In this document: piece by piece, positions 15,415 to 23,944 of the stretch | Numbering within the stretch: the stretch's first letter is position 1 | Layout of the letters: each line of letters opens with the position of its first letter | DNA from: Methanomassiliicoccales archaeon | GTDB taxonomy: Archaea; Thermoplasmatota; Thermoplasmata; Methanomassiliicoccales; JAAEEP01 | DNA: 64,000 nt | Direction of reading: 5' to 3' | NCBI GenBank assembly: GCA_046540255.1 | Contig: JBKHFJ010000002.1 | Span: 42,616-106,615, forward strand | Made by a program: the position numbers and the translations under genes | The notes under the pieces: generated by a model | Told to the model about the DNA's origin: nothing | Database searches by the model: none | What the model saw: the letters and a program-made list of their open reading frames with translations, nothing else

Positions 15415-16767
15415 ATGGCCCTTTCCCAGCCTCCGCAGGAGCTTCTCGATAGGTTATCCAGGGCAGCGGAGTCGGTGAAGGGTTTCCCCGAGGTCAGGAT
15501 CGTTTCCCACTACGACGCGGACGGCATCGCATCGGCGGGGGTGCTCTGCAACGCCCTTCTGCGGGAGAACATACAGTTCCAGGTGAGCCTCAGCAAGGCC
15601 CTGGATGAGGAGAGCATCTCCCAGATCGCCGATAACGGGTACGAGTGCATCGTCTTCTCGGACATGGGAAGCGGCCATCTGGAGAGGCTGGAGGAGCTGG
15701 GATCCGAGGTGGTGGTCCTGGACCACCACCGTCCCCCCAGGGACTCGCAGGAGTTGCATCACCTGAACCCCCACCTGCACCAGGTGGACGGGATGACCGG
15801 ATGCTCGGCCAGCAGCATGTGCATGCTCTTCGCTTTGACCATGGACGAGGGGAACTGGCCGCTCCTCCCCATCGCCCTCGCCGGCGTCTCCGGGGACCGG
15901 CAGGACATCAAGGGCCTCAGCGGGTTCAACCAGTACCTGTTCCAGGAGGGGGAGTCCAGGGGGCTGGTGGAGAGGCGCTCGGGATCCCTGGTGCCCGACG
16001 GTCCGGTGGAGGAGGGGCTCCTCCACTCCTTCGACCCCTACATCGTCGGGATCACCGGGAACAAGAGAGGCATAAGGGAGCTCCTGGAGAGGGCCGGGGT
16101 CGATCCCGGGGAGAGCATCGACGAGGTGGACCAGGGAAGGAAAAGGAAGCTGCATTCCCTGCTGTCCCTGCGGTTATTGGACCAGGGGGTGGAGGCCAGC
16201 ACCCTGATCCAGGCCACCAGGGAGCGCTTGTACCTGCCCTCCTGGGAGATGGACTCCGGCCGTCTGTCATCCCTTCTCAACGCCTGCGGTAGGATGGGCA
16301 AGGAGGGGCTGGGAGTGGCCCTCACCCTGGGCGATGGGACCGCCCTGGAGGAGGCCACCGTTTCCCAGACCTCCTACTGCCAGGAGGTCATATCCGCCCT
16401 GGAGCAGGTGAGGAAGGAAGGGATCTCCCAGAGGGAGCACATCCAGTACCTCTACAGCCCCCATCCCTCCCTTTCCGGGGTGGTGTGCGGCATCACCATG
16501 GAGTACCTGGCCCCGGGCAGGAAACCCACCATGGCCCTCTCCCGGAGGGAGGGTAAGGTCAAGGTTTCCGGCAGGGCCAACTTCCCCATACTGGAGATGG
16601 GTGTGGACCTCTCGGAGGCGCTTTCAGCGGCCGCCGGGGCGGTGGGGGGCAGTGGTGGCGGCCACTCGATAGCCAGCGGGGCCAGCGTTCCCCAGGAGAG
16701 GGAGGCCGAGTTCCTGGAGGAGCTGGACAGGATCGTGGGGGAGCAGAAGGCTAGTCCCTCCAGGTGA
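15415..16767 (+). CDS. RecJ-like DHH/DHHA1 phosphoesterase (archaeal RecJ/GAN-type nuclease)
   Basis: DHH motifs SHYDADGIASAG, SDMGSG and VLDHH, plus the DHHA1 motif GGGHSIASGA. Confidence 0.8.
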   Translation: MALSQPPQELLDRLSRAAESVKGFPEVRIVSHYDADGIASAGVLCNALLRENIQFQVSLSKALDEESISQIADNGYECIVFSDMGSGHLERLEELGSEVVVLDHHRPPRDSQELHHLNPHLHQVDGMTGCSASSMCMLFALTMDEGNWPLLPIALAGVSGDRQDIKGLSGFNQYLFQEGESRGLVERRSGSLVPDGPVEEGLLHSFDPYIVGITGNKRGIRELLERAGVDPGESIDEVDQGRKRKLHSLLSLRLLDQGVEASTLIQATRERLYLPSWEMDSGRLSSLLNACGRMGKEGLGVALTLGDGTALEEATVSQTSYCQEVISALEQVRKEGISQREHIQYLYSPHPSLSGVVCGITMEYLAPGRKPTMALSRREGKVKVSGRANFPILEMGVDLSEALSAAAGAVGGSGGGHSIASGASVPQEREAEFLEELDRIVGEQKASPSR

Positions 16768-17734
16768 CCTCCACCTGGTCGGTGCGAAACCGCTGGTCCA
16801 CCCGGGTGTCCTCAACCTCCATCCTGATTCCGGCCCGACGCATGAGCAGGCCGGTCCAGGCGATCATCGCCCCGTTGTCCACGCACAGGTCGGGGGAGGG
16901 CACGAACATCTCTCCTCCCCGGTCGCGGGCCATGGTGTCCACCATCTCCCGGAGGCGTCTGTTCTGCACCACCCCGCCCCCCAGGAGTACCTCGTCCTTC
17001 TCCACGTGGGCCATGGCCCTCTCGGTCACCTCGGTGAGCATGGCGAAGCAGTTCTCCTGGACCGAGAAGCACACCTCCTCCACTCCCTCTCCCCGCCTGG
17101 AATGATGGATGGCCGAGGTGAGTATACCCGAGAAGGCCATGTCCATGCCCTTCACCGAGTAGGGGATGTCCAGGAGCCTGTGGCCCCGGGAGGCCATCTC
17201 CTCTATCCTTGGCCCGGCGTAGTACCCCAGGCCCAGCTCCCTCCCCAGCTTGTCCAGCATGTTCCCGATGCCGATGTCCATGGTCTCACCGAAGATCCGG
17301 TACCTGCCGTTGGCGTAGGCGATGACCTGGGTGTTCCCCCCGGAGGCGTAGAGGAGCACCGGATCGCTGGCACCTGTCTTGGCCACCCCGATCTCCAGGT
17401 GGGCTATGCAGTGGTTCACCCCGATTATGGGCACCCCCAGGGAGAGCGATAGCGCCCTGGAGGCGGTGGCCACCGTCCTCAGGCATGGGCCCAGACCGGG
17501 GCCCTGGGAGAAGGCCACCAGATCCACCTCCCCCACCCCCAGGTCTGCCTTCTCGAGAGCGCGGCGGACCACATCGGGCAGGTGGTCCGCATGATGATTG
17601 GCCGCTTCCCTGGGATGTATGCCCCCGCTCTCCGGCCTGTACATCTTGATCTCGTTGGCCAGGACGTTGGCCCCGGAGTCAACCACTCCCACTCCCACCG
17701 TGTGGGCGGTTCCCTCGATCCCCAGGGCGATCAT
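16751..17734 (-). CDS. kae1: tRNA N6-adenosine threonylcarbamoyltransferase Kae1
   Basis: MIALGIEGTAHTVGVGVV..., HCIAHLE, YASGGNTQV, VPSPDLCVDNGAMIA. There is no Bud32 fusion. Confidence 0.92.
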   Translation of the reverse strand: MIALGIEGTAHTVGVGVVDSGANVLANEIKMYRPESGGIHPREAANHHADHLPDVVRRALEKADLGVGEVDLVAFSQGPGLGPCLRTVATASRALSLSLGVPIIGVNHCIAHLEIGVAKTGASDPVLLYASGGNTQVIAYANGRYRIFGETMDIGIGNMLDKLGRELGLGYYAGPRIEEMASRGHRLLDIPYSVKGMDMAFSGILTSAIHHSRRGEGVEEVCFSVQENCFAMLTEVTERAMAHVEKDEVLLGGGVVQNRRLREMVDTMARDRGGEMFVPSPDLCVDNGAMIAWTGLLMRRAGIRMEVEDTRVDQRFRTDQVEVTWRD

Positions 17735-17737
17735 TTC

Positions 17738-17977
17738 CTATCCCTCTACCAGGGAATTAAGCCTGTTCAGGATGTTGATGGCCCCGGTGATGGGCTCCTC
17801 CTCCCCCACCACCAGGATAGGGGTGGACATCTCCAGGACCTCGTAGAAGGCCGCCTCGGCCATGCCCTCCGCGGTGGAGGCGTCGATGATCTCCACCTCC
17901 ACCCCATCGGGGATCCTCTCCTTGACGTAGTCGCACTTCTGGCAGTCTGGTTTGGTGAACAGGATCGTCTCGGACAT
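17738..17977 (-). CDS. Glutaredoxin/thioredoxin-fold small protein (CxxC)
   Basis: MSETILFTKPDCQKCDYVK... (79 aa) with GGAGG before the ATG at 17977. It lies directly upstream of kae1 on the same strand. Confidence 0.65.
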   Translation of the reverse strand: MSETILFTKPDCQKCDYVKERIPDGVEVEIIDASTAEGMAEAAFYEVLEMSTPILVVGEEEPITGAINILNRLNSLVEG

Positions 17978-18088
17978 ACTCCTCCCCACGGTATAATGGA
18001 CCCGGCTTATTAGATTTGTCGCCGGGGGCGGAGGGTGCCAGGTGCAGCGAAAAAGATATAGATGGGAAAACATATGCCACAGACCGCT

Positions 18089-18184
18089 GGGCTCATAGTC
18101 TAGTGGTTATGACGTCGCCTTGACATCCTCCACGGGAGGTCGAAATGGCGGAGATCCCCGGTTCAAATCCGGGTGAGCCCACCA
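18089..18184 (+). tRNA. tRNA-Val (anticodon GAC) with 20-nt intron; CCA encoded
   Basis: Acceptor GGGCTCA/TGAGCCC + A + CCA. T arm CCCGG-TTCAAAT-CCGGG. Anticodon stem TCGCC/GGCGG enclosing TTGACA[20 nt]T. The mature length would be 76 nt. Confidence 0.85.
18126..18145 (+). other. tRNA-Val intron (canonical 37/38 position)
   Basis: The intron TCCTCCACGGGAGGTCGAAA has an internal hairpin CCTCC-ACG-GGAGG. GTC pairs with the GAC anticodon, and the flanking 3-nt bulges are consistent with a bulge-helix-bulge motif. Confidence 0.7.
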
Positions 18185-18247
18185 CCAATTCTCCCAATAG
18201 GATCGGTTCGCGAATCCCTTATATCCCTGCGAGGCTTTGTCACGTCC

Positions 18248-18943
18248 ATGGGCAAACGGGCGGATCATGCCGTCCCTGAACGGGCTATCCAGATCGAGGT
18301 GGGAGAGGCGGGTCCGGATTCCCTGACCTCCCCGGAGGTGCTCGCCCTCCTACAGGAGATCGGGCACACCTCCATCTCCCACGTGGAGTGGGTGGGGGGC
18401 CGCCTGCTGGAGAGGGGGGACTGGGCGGACCTGCTCCACCGGTCCCACCTCCTGGAGCTGACCAATCATCTGTGGGTCCACGGGAGGGAGCTGCTCGATC
18501 CCTGCCTCTCCCGCAGGGTGGTGGACCTCACCCCGGGCGGGACGGTGGTCCTACACATAGGTCCCGAGGACCGGGAGGAGCATTTGAAGGGGCTGGAGAG
18601 GCTGCTGGAGGTGGAGAAGCCGGCGGCCCTCCTGCAGAACCGGATCCCCGCTGGGGAGGGGTCCCTCGAGTCGATCAGGGAGACGGTGGAGATGATCGGT
18701 TCGTTGGGCATACCCTCGTTCGTCGACGGTCACATACCGCCCCTGAAGAGAAGAATGAGGGACTGCCCCGGCCCCACGATGCTGGTGGACGACGAGGGTT
18801 TCGCCCATCCCTGCTACCCCTTCAGGTGGGAGCTGGGCAATGTGAGGGAGGAGGGGCTGATGGACCTCACCGACCGGGTGCCCCGGACCGAGGCCGGGGA
18901 GGGTTGCTCCGGGTGCCTGCGATGCAGGGGCACCCTCCCCTGA
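18248..18943 (+). CDS. Radical-SAM/SPASM-like protein lacking the CX3CX2C cluster motif
   Basis: Collinear with the radical SAM core (..WVGGRLLERGDWADLL.., ..LWVHGRELLD.., ..VVLHIGPEDREEH..) and a SPASM-like C-terminus (CPGPTMLVDDEGFAHPC...GNVREEGLMDL...CSGCLRC). There is no Cys in the first 85 residues. ATG 18248 was chosen because 18173 overlaps the tRNA. Confidence 0.5.
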   Translation: MGKRADHAVPERAIQIEVGEAGPDSLTSPEVLALLQEIGHTSISHVEWVGGRLLERGDWADLLHRSHLLELTNHLWVHGRELLDPCLSRRVVDLTPGGTVVLHIGPEDREEHLKGLERLLEVEKPAALLQNRIPAGEGSLESIRETVEMIGSLGIPSFVDGHIPPLKRRMRDCPGPTMLVDDEGFAHPCYPFRWELGNVREEGLMDLTDRVPRTEAGEGCSGCLRCRGTLP

Positions 18944-19099
18944 ATTTTCGAATGGGCAGATGACCTGGGCTTCACGCATCTCTTCCAATGGATGCTTCGA
19001 GCAACCCGGTCCTATCTCCGATATGTCTTGTTTTCAAGGGGCCCGAGACCCGCCACCGGGGCACCTTAATATACACCCTCCCATATTCCACGGATTGAA

Positions 19100-20533
19100 G
19101 TGAGCGAGATGTCCGGTGAGATCAATCTAGAAGGGGTGTTTCCGGCGCTGATCACCCCGTTCACCAAGGAGAGGGATGTCAACGAGGAGAAGTTCAGGGA
19201 GCACATAAGGAACATCCACGAACACGTCGACGGCTTCGTGCCGTGCGGCACCACCGGTGAGTTCGATTACCTGACCATGGAGGAAAGGAAGAGGCTCTTC
19301 GACATCTGCATCGAGGAGGCCGAGGGGAAGCCGGTCATCGCCGGCACCGGGGCCCCCGGCACCAAGCAGGTCATCGAGCTGACCAGGTACGCCGAGGAGG
19401 CGGGGGCGGATGCCAGCCTGGTGGTCACCCCCTACTTCATCCATCCCTCGGACAAGGGGATATACGAGCATTTCTGGCAGGTGGCGCGGTCCACCGATCT
19501 CCCCTTGATCCTCTACAACATACCGCCCGCGGTGGGAGGGGTGCTCCCCCGCCGGGTGGTGGAAGACCTGGCCGAGATGGACAGCGTGGTGGCCCTGAAG
19601 GACTCCTCCGGGGACCTGCCCTACACCATGGAGATCATAGAGAAGGTGAAGGGGGACATCGACGTCCTGGTGGGCAACGACGAGGTGGTCCTCCCCTCCC
19701 TGGCCGGCGGCTGCAAGGGGATGATCCTGGGCTCCGCCAACGTCTACCCGGACATCTGGCAGAAGGTGTTCAGGGCCTTCAAGGAGGGCGACATGGGCAC
19801 CGCCCAAAAGCTGCAGTTCGAGGTGCAGAAGCTCTCCAGGATATTCGTCCGGTACGGGGGGATGGTCCCCATCAAGGCGGCCCTGCGCTACATGGGCACC
19901 TCCATGGGGCGCACCAGGCATCCCTTGGTGGAGGGCGGTGTCATCCTCCACGAGGATCGGGAGGAGATCAAGCTGGAGCTGGAGAAGATCGGCAAGATAC
20001 CTCCCTCCGAGCCCCCCGCCGAGATCCCGGAGAGGCCCCTGGAGGAGAGGTTCGAGGACCTGGACATCTCCCCCGATTCGGTGCTCCGCAGGGACGTGCT
20101 GGCCGGGAGCGGCGCCGCCGGGGAGGACAAGAACCGGGTGATGATCGACCTGGTGGCCGGGCCAAACGACGGTCCGGTGGGGGAGGCCTTCTCCTCCCAG
20201 ATCACCTATCTCCGAAGGGGATACGAGGCCCTCCCCAGCGTGCTGGAGCCCAACCTGTCGGCCAAGCCGCACACCCTGATCATACCCACTGTGGAGCTGA
20301 AGAGTCTGAGGCAGGCGAACATCATGTACGGACCAGCGCAGGCCGGCATAGCCAAGGCCATATCGGACAAGGTGGAGTCCGGGGAGATCCCCCGGGAGGT
20401 ACTGGAGAGCCACGTCATGCTGACCAAGGCGTTCGTTCAGCCCAACGCCCTGGACAGGTCCATCCTGTACCACAACTTCTACCGGGCCACCACCGAGGCC
20501 ATAGGGGCGGCCTTCTCCGGGGGGGTGAGATAG
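19100..20533 (+). CDS. DapA/NAL-family class I aldolase fused to a Fae-like (formaldehyde-activating enzyme) domain, copy 1
   Basis: N-terminal domain: ITPF, CGTTGEFDY, TPYF, YNIP, VALKDSSGD. C-terminal domain: MIDLVAGPNDGPVGEAF...LEPNLSAKPHTLIIPTVELKSLRQANIMYGPAQAGIAKAISDKVESGEIP...FVQPNALDR..YHNFYRATTEAI. GTG 19100, or ATG 19109 as an alternative start. Confidence 0.8.
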   Translation: MSEMSGEINLEGVFPALITPFTKERDVNEEKFREHIRNIHEHVDGFVPCGTTGEFDYLTMEERKRLFDICIEEAEGKPVIAGTGAPGTKQVIELTRYAEEAGADASLVVTPYFIHPSDKGIYEHFWQVARSTDLPLILYNIPPAVGGVLPRRVVEDLAEMDSVVALKDSSGDLPYTMEIIEKVKGDIDVLVGNDEVVLPSLAGGCKGMILGSANVYPDIWQKVFRAFKEGDMGTAQKLQFEVQKLSRIFVRYGGMVPIKAALRYMGTSMGRTRHPLVEGGVILHEDREEIKLELEKIGKIPPSEPPAEIPERPLEERFEDLDISPDSVLRRDVLAGSGAAGEDKNRVMIDLVAGPNDGPVGEAFSSQITYLRRGYEALPSVLEPNLSAKPHTLIIPTVELKSLRQANIMYGPAQAGIAKAISDKVESGEIPREVLESHVMLTKAFVQPNALDRSILYHNFYRATTEAIGAAFSGGVR

Positions 20534-21994
20534 ATGAAGGTGGACTGGCTCAAGGGCATCATCCCGGCGATGGTCACGCCCTTCGACGAGAACGAGGAGC
20601 TGGACGAGGAGGGCCTGAGGAGACTGGTCGACTTCCTGGACCCCCATGTTGACGGTTTCCTGGTCAACGGGACCACCGGCGAGTTCGTCTACATGACCCG
20701 GGAGGAGAGGAACCGGGCCATCGAGGTGGTGGTGGACCAGGTCGGGGGGAAGAAGCCGGTCATCGCCGGCACCGGTGCCTCCTCCACCCGGGAGACCGTT
20801 CAGCTGACCCAGGATGCGAAGGACAGGGGCGCGGACGCCTGCCTGGTGGTCACCCCCTACTACTTCAATCCCACCTACAAGGAGATCTACGAGCACTACG
20901 ACAAGGTGGACCAGGTGGGCCTGCCCATGATCATCTACAACATACCGCAGGCGGCCAACGTCCACCAGCGGTGGTGGACCACCGAGGGAGTGGCCTACCT
21001 GGACAACGTCATCGGGGTGAAGGACTCCTCCGGGGACATGCCCTACATGGACGCCCTGTTCGAGAAGTTCAGGGGGATGGTCAGCATACTCTGCGGCAAC
21101 GACGAGATCGGCACACCGGCCCTGGCCGAGGGGGCCGACGGGCTCATACTGGCCTCGGCCAACCTGATCCCGGACGTGTGGCAGAGGATATACGATCACG
21201 TGCAGAGGGGTGAGCTGGAGGAGGCCAGGGGGCTGCAGCAGAAGGTCCAGAAGCTGGTGAGGATCGTGACCAGCACCAGCGGTCCCGAGGCCTGCAAGCA
21301 GGGCCTGTGGATGAAGGGGCTGGACGTGGGGAGGGCCCGCCGCCCCACCATGCCCGGCGACGCCTTCAAGCACGAGGATAAGGAGGAACTCCGCATCGAG
21401 CTGGAGGTCCTGGGGCAGATCGGGAAGAAGAAGGTGAAGTACGACCTGGGCCACAAGGTGGTGGAGACCGAGATCCCCTTCACCCCTCAGACACCGGACG
21501 AGGTGGGCAACTTCGCCCTGAAGGTGGGCGAGGGGCTGGCCGGCCCGCCGGAGCACGAGACCGCCCACACCGACCTGCTCATCGGCCTCAAGGGAGGTCC
21601 GGTGGAGAGGTCCATCGAGAAGGCCCTGGCCGCCGATGAGGAGGGCAAGATGAAGATCGTCATGGACCGCCCCAGGACCCTCCTGGTGCCCACGGTCACC
21701 ACCAGGACCAAGAAGCAGGAGGAGCTGCTGCACGATCACGCCGTGGCGGGTCTGAAGTGGGGCATCAACGCCTCCATAGAGGACGGGTTCCTCCCCGAGG
21801 GGATCCTGGACGACATAGTGATCATCGCCAACGTGTTCGTCCACCCGGCGGCGGCCAACCGCCGCAGGGTGATGGTGAACAACTACAAGGGGGCCCGCCA
21901 CGCCATCAGAAGGGCGGTCGAGGGGCGGCCCACCCTGGAGGAGATCTTCTACCAGAAGGAATCCGTGCGGCATCCGAACAAGTACACCCCGTGA
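20534..21994 (+). CDS. DapA/NAL-family class I aldolase fused to a Fae-like domain, copy 2
   Basis: N-terminal domain: VTPF, NGTTGEFVY, TPYY, YNIP, IGVKDSSGD. C-terminal domain: VGEGLAGPPEHETAHTDLLIGLKGGPVE...ANVFVHPAAANRRRVMVNNYKGARHAIRRAVEGRP...VRHP. The ATG abuts the TAG of copy 1. Confidence 0.8.
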   Translation: MKVDWLKGIIPAMVTPFDENEELDEEGLRRLVDFLDPHVDGFLVNGTTGEFVYMTREERNRAIEVVVDQVGGKKPVIAGTGASSTRETVQLTQDAKDRGADACLVVTPYYFNPTYKEIYEHYDKVDQVGLPMIIYNIPQAANVHQRWWTTEGVAYLDNVIGVKDSSGDMPYMDALFEKFRGMVSILCGNDEIGTPALAEGADGLILASANLIPDVWQRIYDHVQRGELEEARGLQQKVQKLVRIVTSTSGPEACKQGLWMKGLDVGRARRPTMPGDAFKHEDKEELRIELEVLGQIGKKKVKYDLGHKVVETEIPFTPQTPDEVGNFALKVGEGLAGPPEHETAHTDLLIGLKGGPVERSIEKALAADEEGKMKIVMDRPRTLLVPTVTTRTKKQEELLHDHAVAGLKWGINASIEDGFLPEGILDDIVIIANVFVHPAAANRRRVMVNNYKGARHAIRRAVEGRPTLEEIFYQKESVRHPNKYTP

Positions 21995-22018
21995 GGGTGG
22001 AAACCCCTTCCCCCTTCT

Positions 22019-22762
22019 TCAGTAGACCTCTGGCTCGATGACGTACTTGCAGTAGTTCTGGCCGGTGCCGAAGCACTCGGTATCGGTGACCTTGAGCGGC
22101 ATGCCCGAGGCGGTCTCCAGGATGGCCTCGAGTATCCCCTCGTTGAGCAGGCAGAGGGTCTTGCTGGCCTCGGGTATCCCCGAGCAGTTGTAATCGTCCC
22201 TTACGATGATGGTCAGGGGCAGGAAGGAGTACACGCACACCTCCCCCAGCTCGTGCAGCTCGTAGAACTCCTGCACCTCCTCCACCAGGTCCTCGATGCT
22301 CTCCGACTTCATCTGCTTGGACAGCTCCCTCCCGATCTGCCTGCCGATGTCCTTGAGCACCGGGTCCATGCTGAAGCCTATCGACTCCACTCCCAGTATG
22401 ATGGACCTGATCATCCCCTTGAGGAAATGGCTGGGAGTCCCCACCGACTCGCTGATGGTCTGCCCCACCGCCCTTCTAAGGTCCTCCCTGGGGACCACAG
22501 AGCTCCCCACCGGCCGGGAGATGAGGTAGAAGATCTTCCTCCGGTTGTCCGATGGGTCGTCCTTGGAGGCCACCAGTCCCTCATTCACCATCTTGTCCAG
22601 ATGGACGGAGAGGGTGGATTGGGCCTTCCCGGTCAGGTTGGCGATCTCGCTCAGACTCAGATCCTTTCTCTGCAGCTCCGACAGGATCTTCTGCCTGACC
22701 GGATTCGACACCTGCTTGAGTCCAGAAGTGGTTGAGTAGACGTCGAAGGCCGACTTCTTCAT
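22019..22762 (-). CDS. ArsR-type winged-helix regulator with C-terminal V4R-like domain
   Basis: The N-terminus NPVRQKILSELQRKDLSLSEIANLTGKAQSTLSVHLDKMVNEGLV is an ArsR HTH. The C-terminal 150 aa (..CLLNEGILEAILE...ECFGTGQNYCKYVIEP) resemble a V4R ligand-binding domain. Confidence 0.7.
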   Translation of the reverse strand: MKKSAFDVYSTTSGLKQVSNPVRQKILSELQRKDLSLSEIANLTGKAQSTLSVHLDKMVNEGLVASKDDPSDNRRKIFYLISRPVGSSVVPREDLRRAVGQTISESVGTPSHFLKGMIRSIILGVESIGFSMDPVLKDIGRQIGRELSKQMKSESIEDLVEEVQEFYELHELGEVCVYSFLPLTIIVRDDYNCSGIPEASKTLCLLNEGILEAILETASGMPLKVTDTECFGTGQNYCKYVIEPEVY

Positions 22763-22791
22763 TCTCTTTCCCGCTGTTGAAGAACTCCCGG

Positions 22792-22819
22792 CGATATATA
22801 GCTATCGTCCCGGTCGGGA
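22792..22819. promoter_or_regulatory. Two adjacent palindromes in the regulator promoter (CGATA-TATAGC-TATCG; TCCCG-GT-CGGGA)
   Basis: Read directly from the sequence. They lie 30-57 nt upstream of the ArsR-V4R start (22762), and the first one embeds the TATATA element. Confidence 0.35.
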
Positions 22820-22866
22820 CCTCTTTTACCTTTATGGATCAACCCTTTCCAGATGTATGAGGCAGT

Positions 22867-23931
22867 TCAAAGCCATCCCTTCCTCCGGAAGTAGATGATC
22901 ATGATGATCACGATGGCGATCATCACCCCCCACACCGCAGGGTAGGCCCATTCCAGGGACAGCTCCGGCATGTGGGCGAAGTTCATCCCGTAGACGCCGG
23001 CCACGAAGGTGAGGGGTATGAATGTGGTGGCTATGATGGTCAGGGTCTTCATGATCTCGTTCATCCTGTTGCCGATCAGGGACATGTGAAGGTCCAGAAG
23101 ACCGGACAGGACGTCCCTCAGGGTCTCCACCGTCTCGCTGATCTCCACCACGTGGTCGTACAGGTCCCTCAGGAAGACCGTCAGCCCGTCGTCCAGGTAG
23201 GGGGCCTCGCTCCTCATCAGGCCGTTGACCATCTCCCTCAGCGGCCAAGAAGACCTTCGGAGGAAGATCATCTCCCCCTTCAGTTCGTTGATCATCCCTG
23301 GGACCTGGGGCGAGCTTCCCCCGGATATGAGGGCGTCAAGTCCCTCCATACGGTCACCCATCTTCTCCAGCACCAGGAAGTAGTTGTCCACGATTGAGTC
23401 CATGAGGGCATAGGCGAGGTAGCTGGCGCCCATCCTCCTCACCCTCCCTTTCCCCGTGCGGATCCTTTCCCGGACGTGATCGAAGACGTCCCCGGGCGCC
23501 TCCTGGAAGGTGATCAGGTAGCCGTCCCCCAGGACCATGCTGACCTGCTCGGACTGGATTTCCCCCTCTCCATCCAGGCGTATCATCTTCAGGACCAGGT
23601 AGATGTGGTCCCCGAACTCCTCCACCTTGGGCCTCTGCCCGGTGTTCAGGATGTCCTCCAGCATCATCGGGTGGAGGCCGAAGGCCTGCCCCAGCTCCCG
23701 GATCTTCTCCACCTCCACCAGGCCCTCCACGTCGATCCAGGAGACGGTCTGCCCTCCCCGCAGGCAGCTCAGCTCCCCCAGGGGACGGGAGATCTCCTTT
23801 ACCCCGATCTCGTCGAAGTCCAGCACCGATACGGTGGTCCTGTCGGCCCTGGGTTCCCCGGTAAGGATCAGCGATCCCGGGGGGGAGCCCACCTTCCTGG
23901 AGTACTTCCTGGCCCTGATGGCAAGTCTCAT
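22867..23931 (-). CDS. corA: Magnesium/cobalt transporter CorA
   Basis: C-terminal two-TM region with FIPLTFVAGVYGMNF (YGMN motif) and a large N-terminal cytosolic domain. Confidence 0.9.
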   Translation of the reverse strand: MRLAIRARKYSRKVGSPPGSLILTGEPRADRTTVSVLDFDEIGVKEISRPLGELSCLRGGQTVSWIDVEGLVEVEKIRELGQAFGLHPMMLEDILNTGQRPKVEEFGDHIYLVLKMIRLDGEGEIQSEQVSMVLGDGYLITFQEAPGDVFDHVRERIRTGKGRVRRMGASYLAYALMDSIVDNYFLVLEKMGDRMEGLDALISGGSSPQVPGMINELKGEMIFLRRSSWPLREMVNGLMRSEAPYLDDGLTVFLRDLYDHVVEISETVETLRDVLSGLLDLHMSLIGNRMNEIMKTLTIIATTFIPLTFVAGVYGMNFAHMPELSLEWAYPAVWGVMIAIVIIMIIYFRRKGWL

Positions 23932-23944
23932 CGGATCCAGGGGA

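Noticed and set aside
19127-21973. A 948-aa minus-strand ORF, the longest in the window.
   Set aside because: It is exactly antisense to the two well-supported aldolase-Fae genes. Its translation is low-complexity (His/Gly/Pro/Leu/Val/Asp-rich) with no recognisable motif. Long stop-free antisense frames are expected at this GC content.
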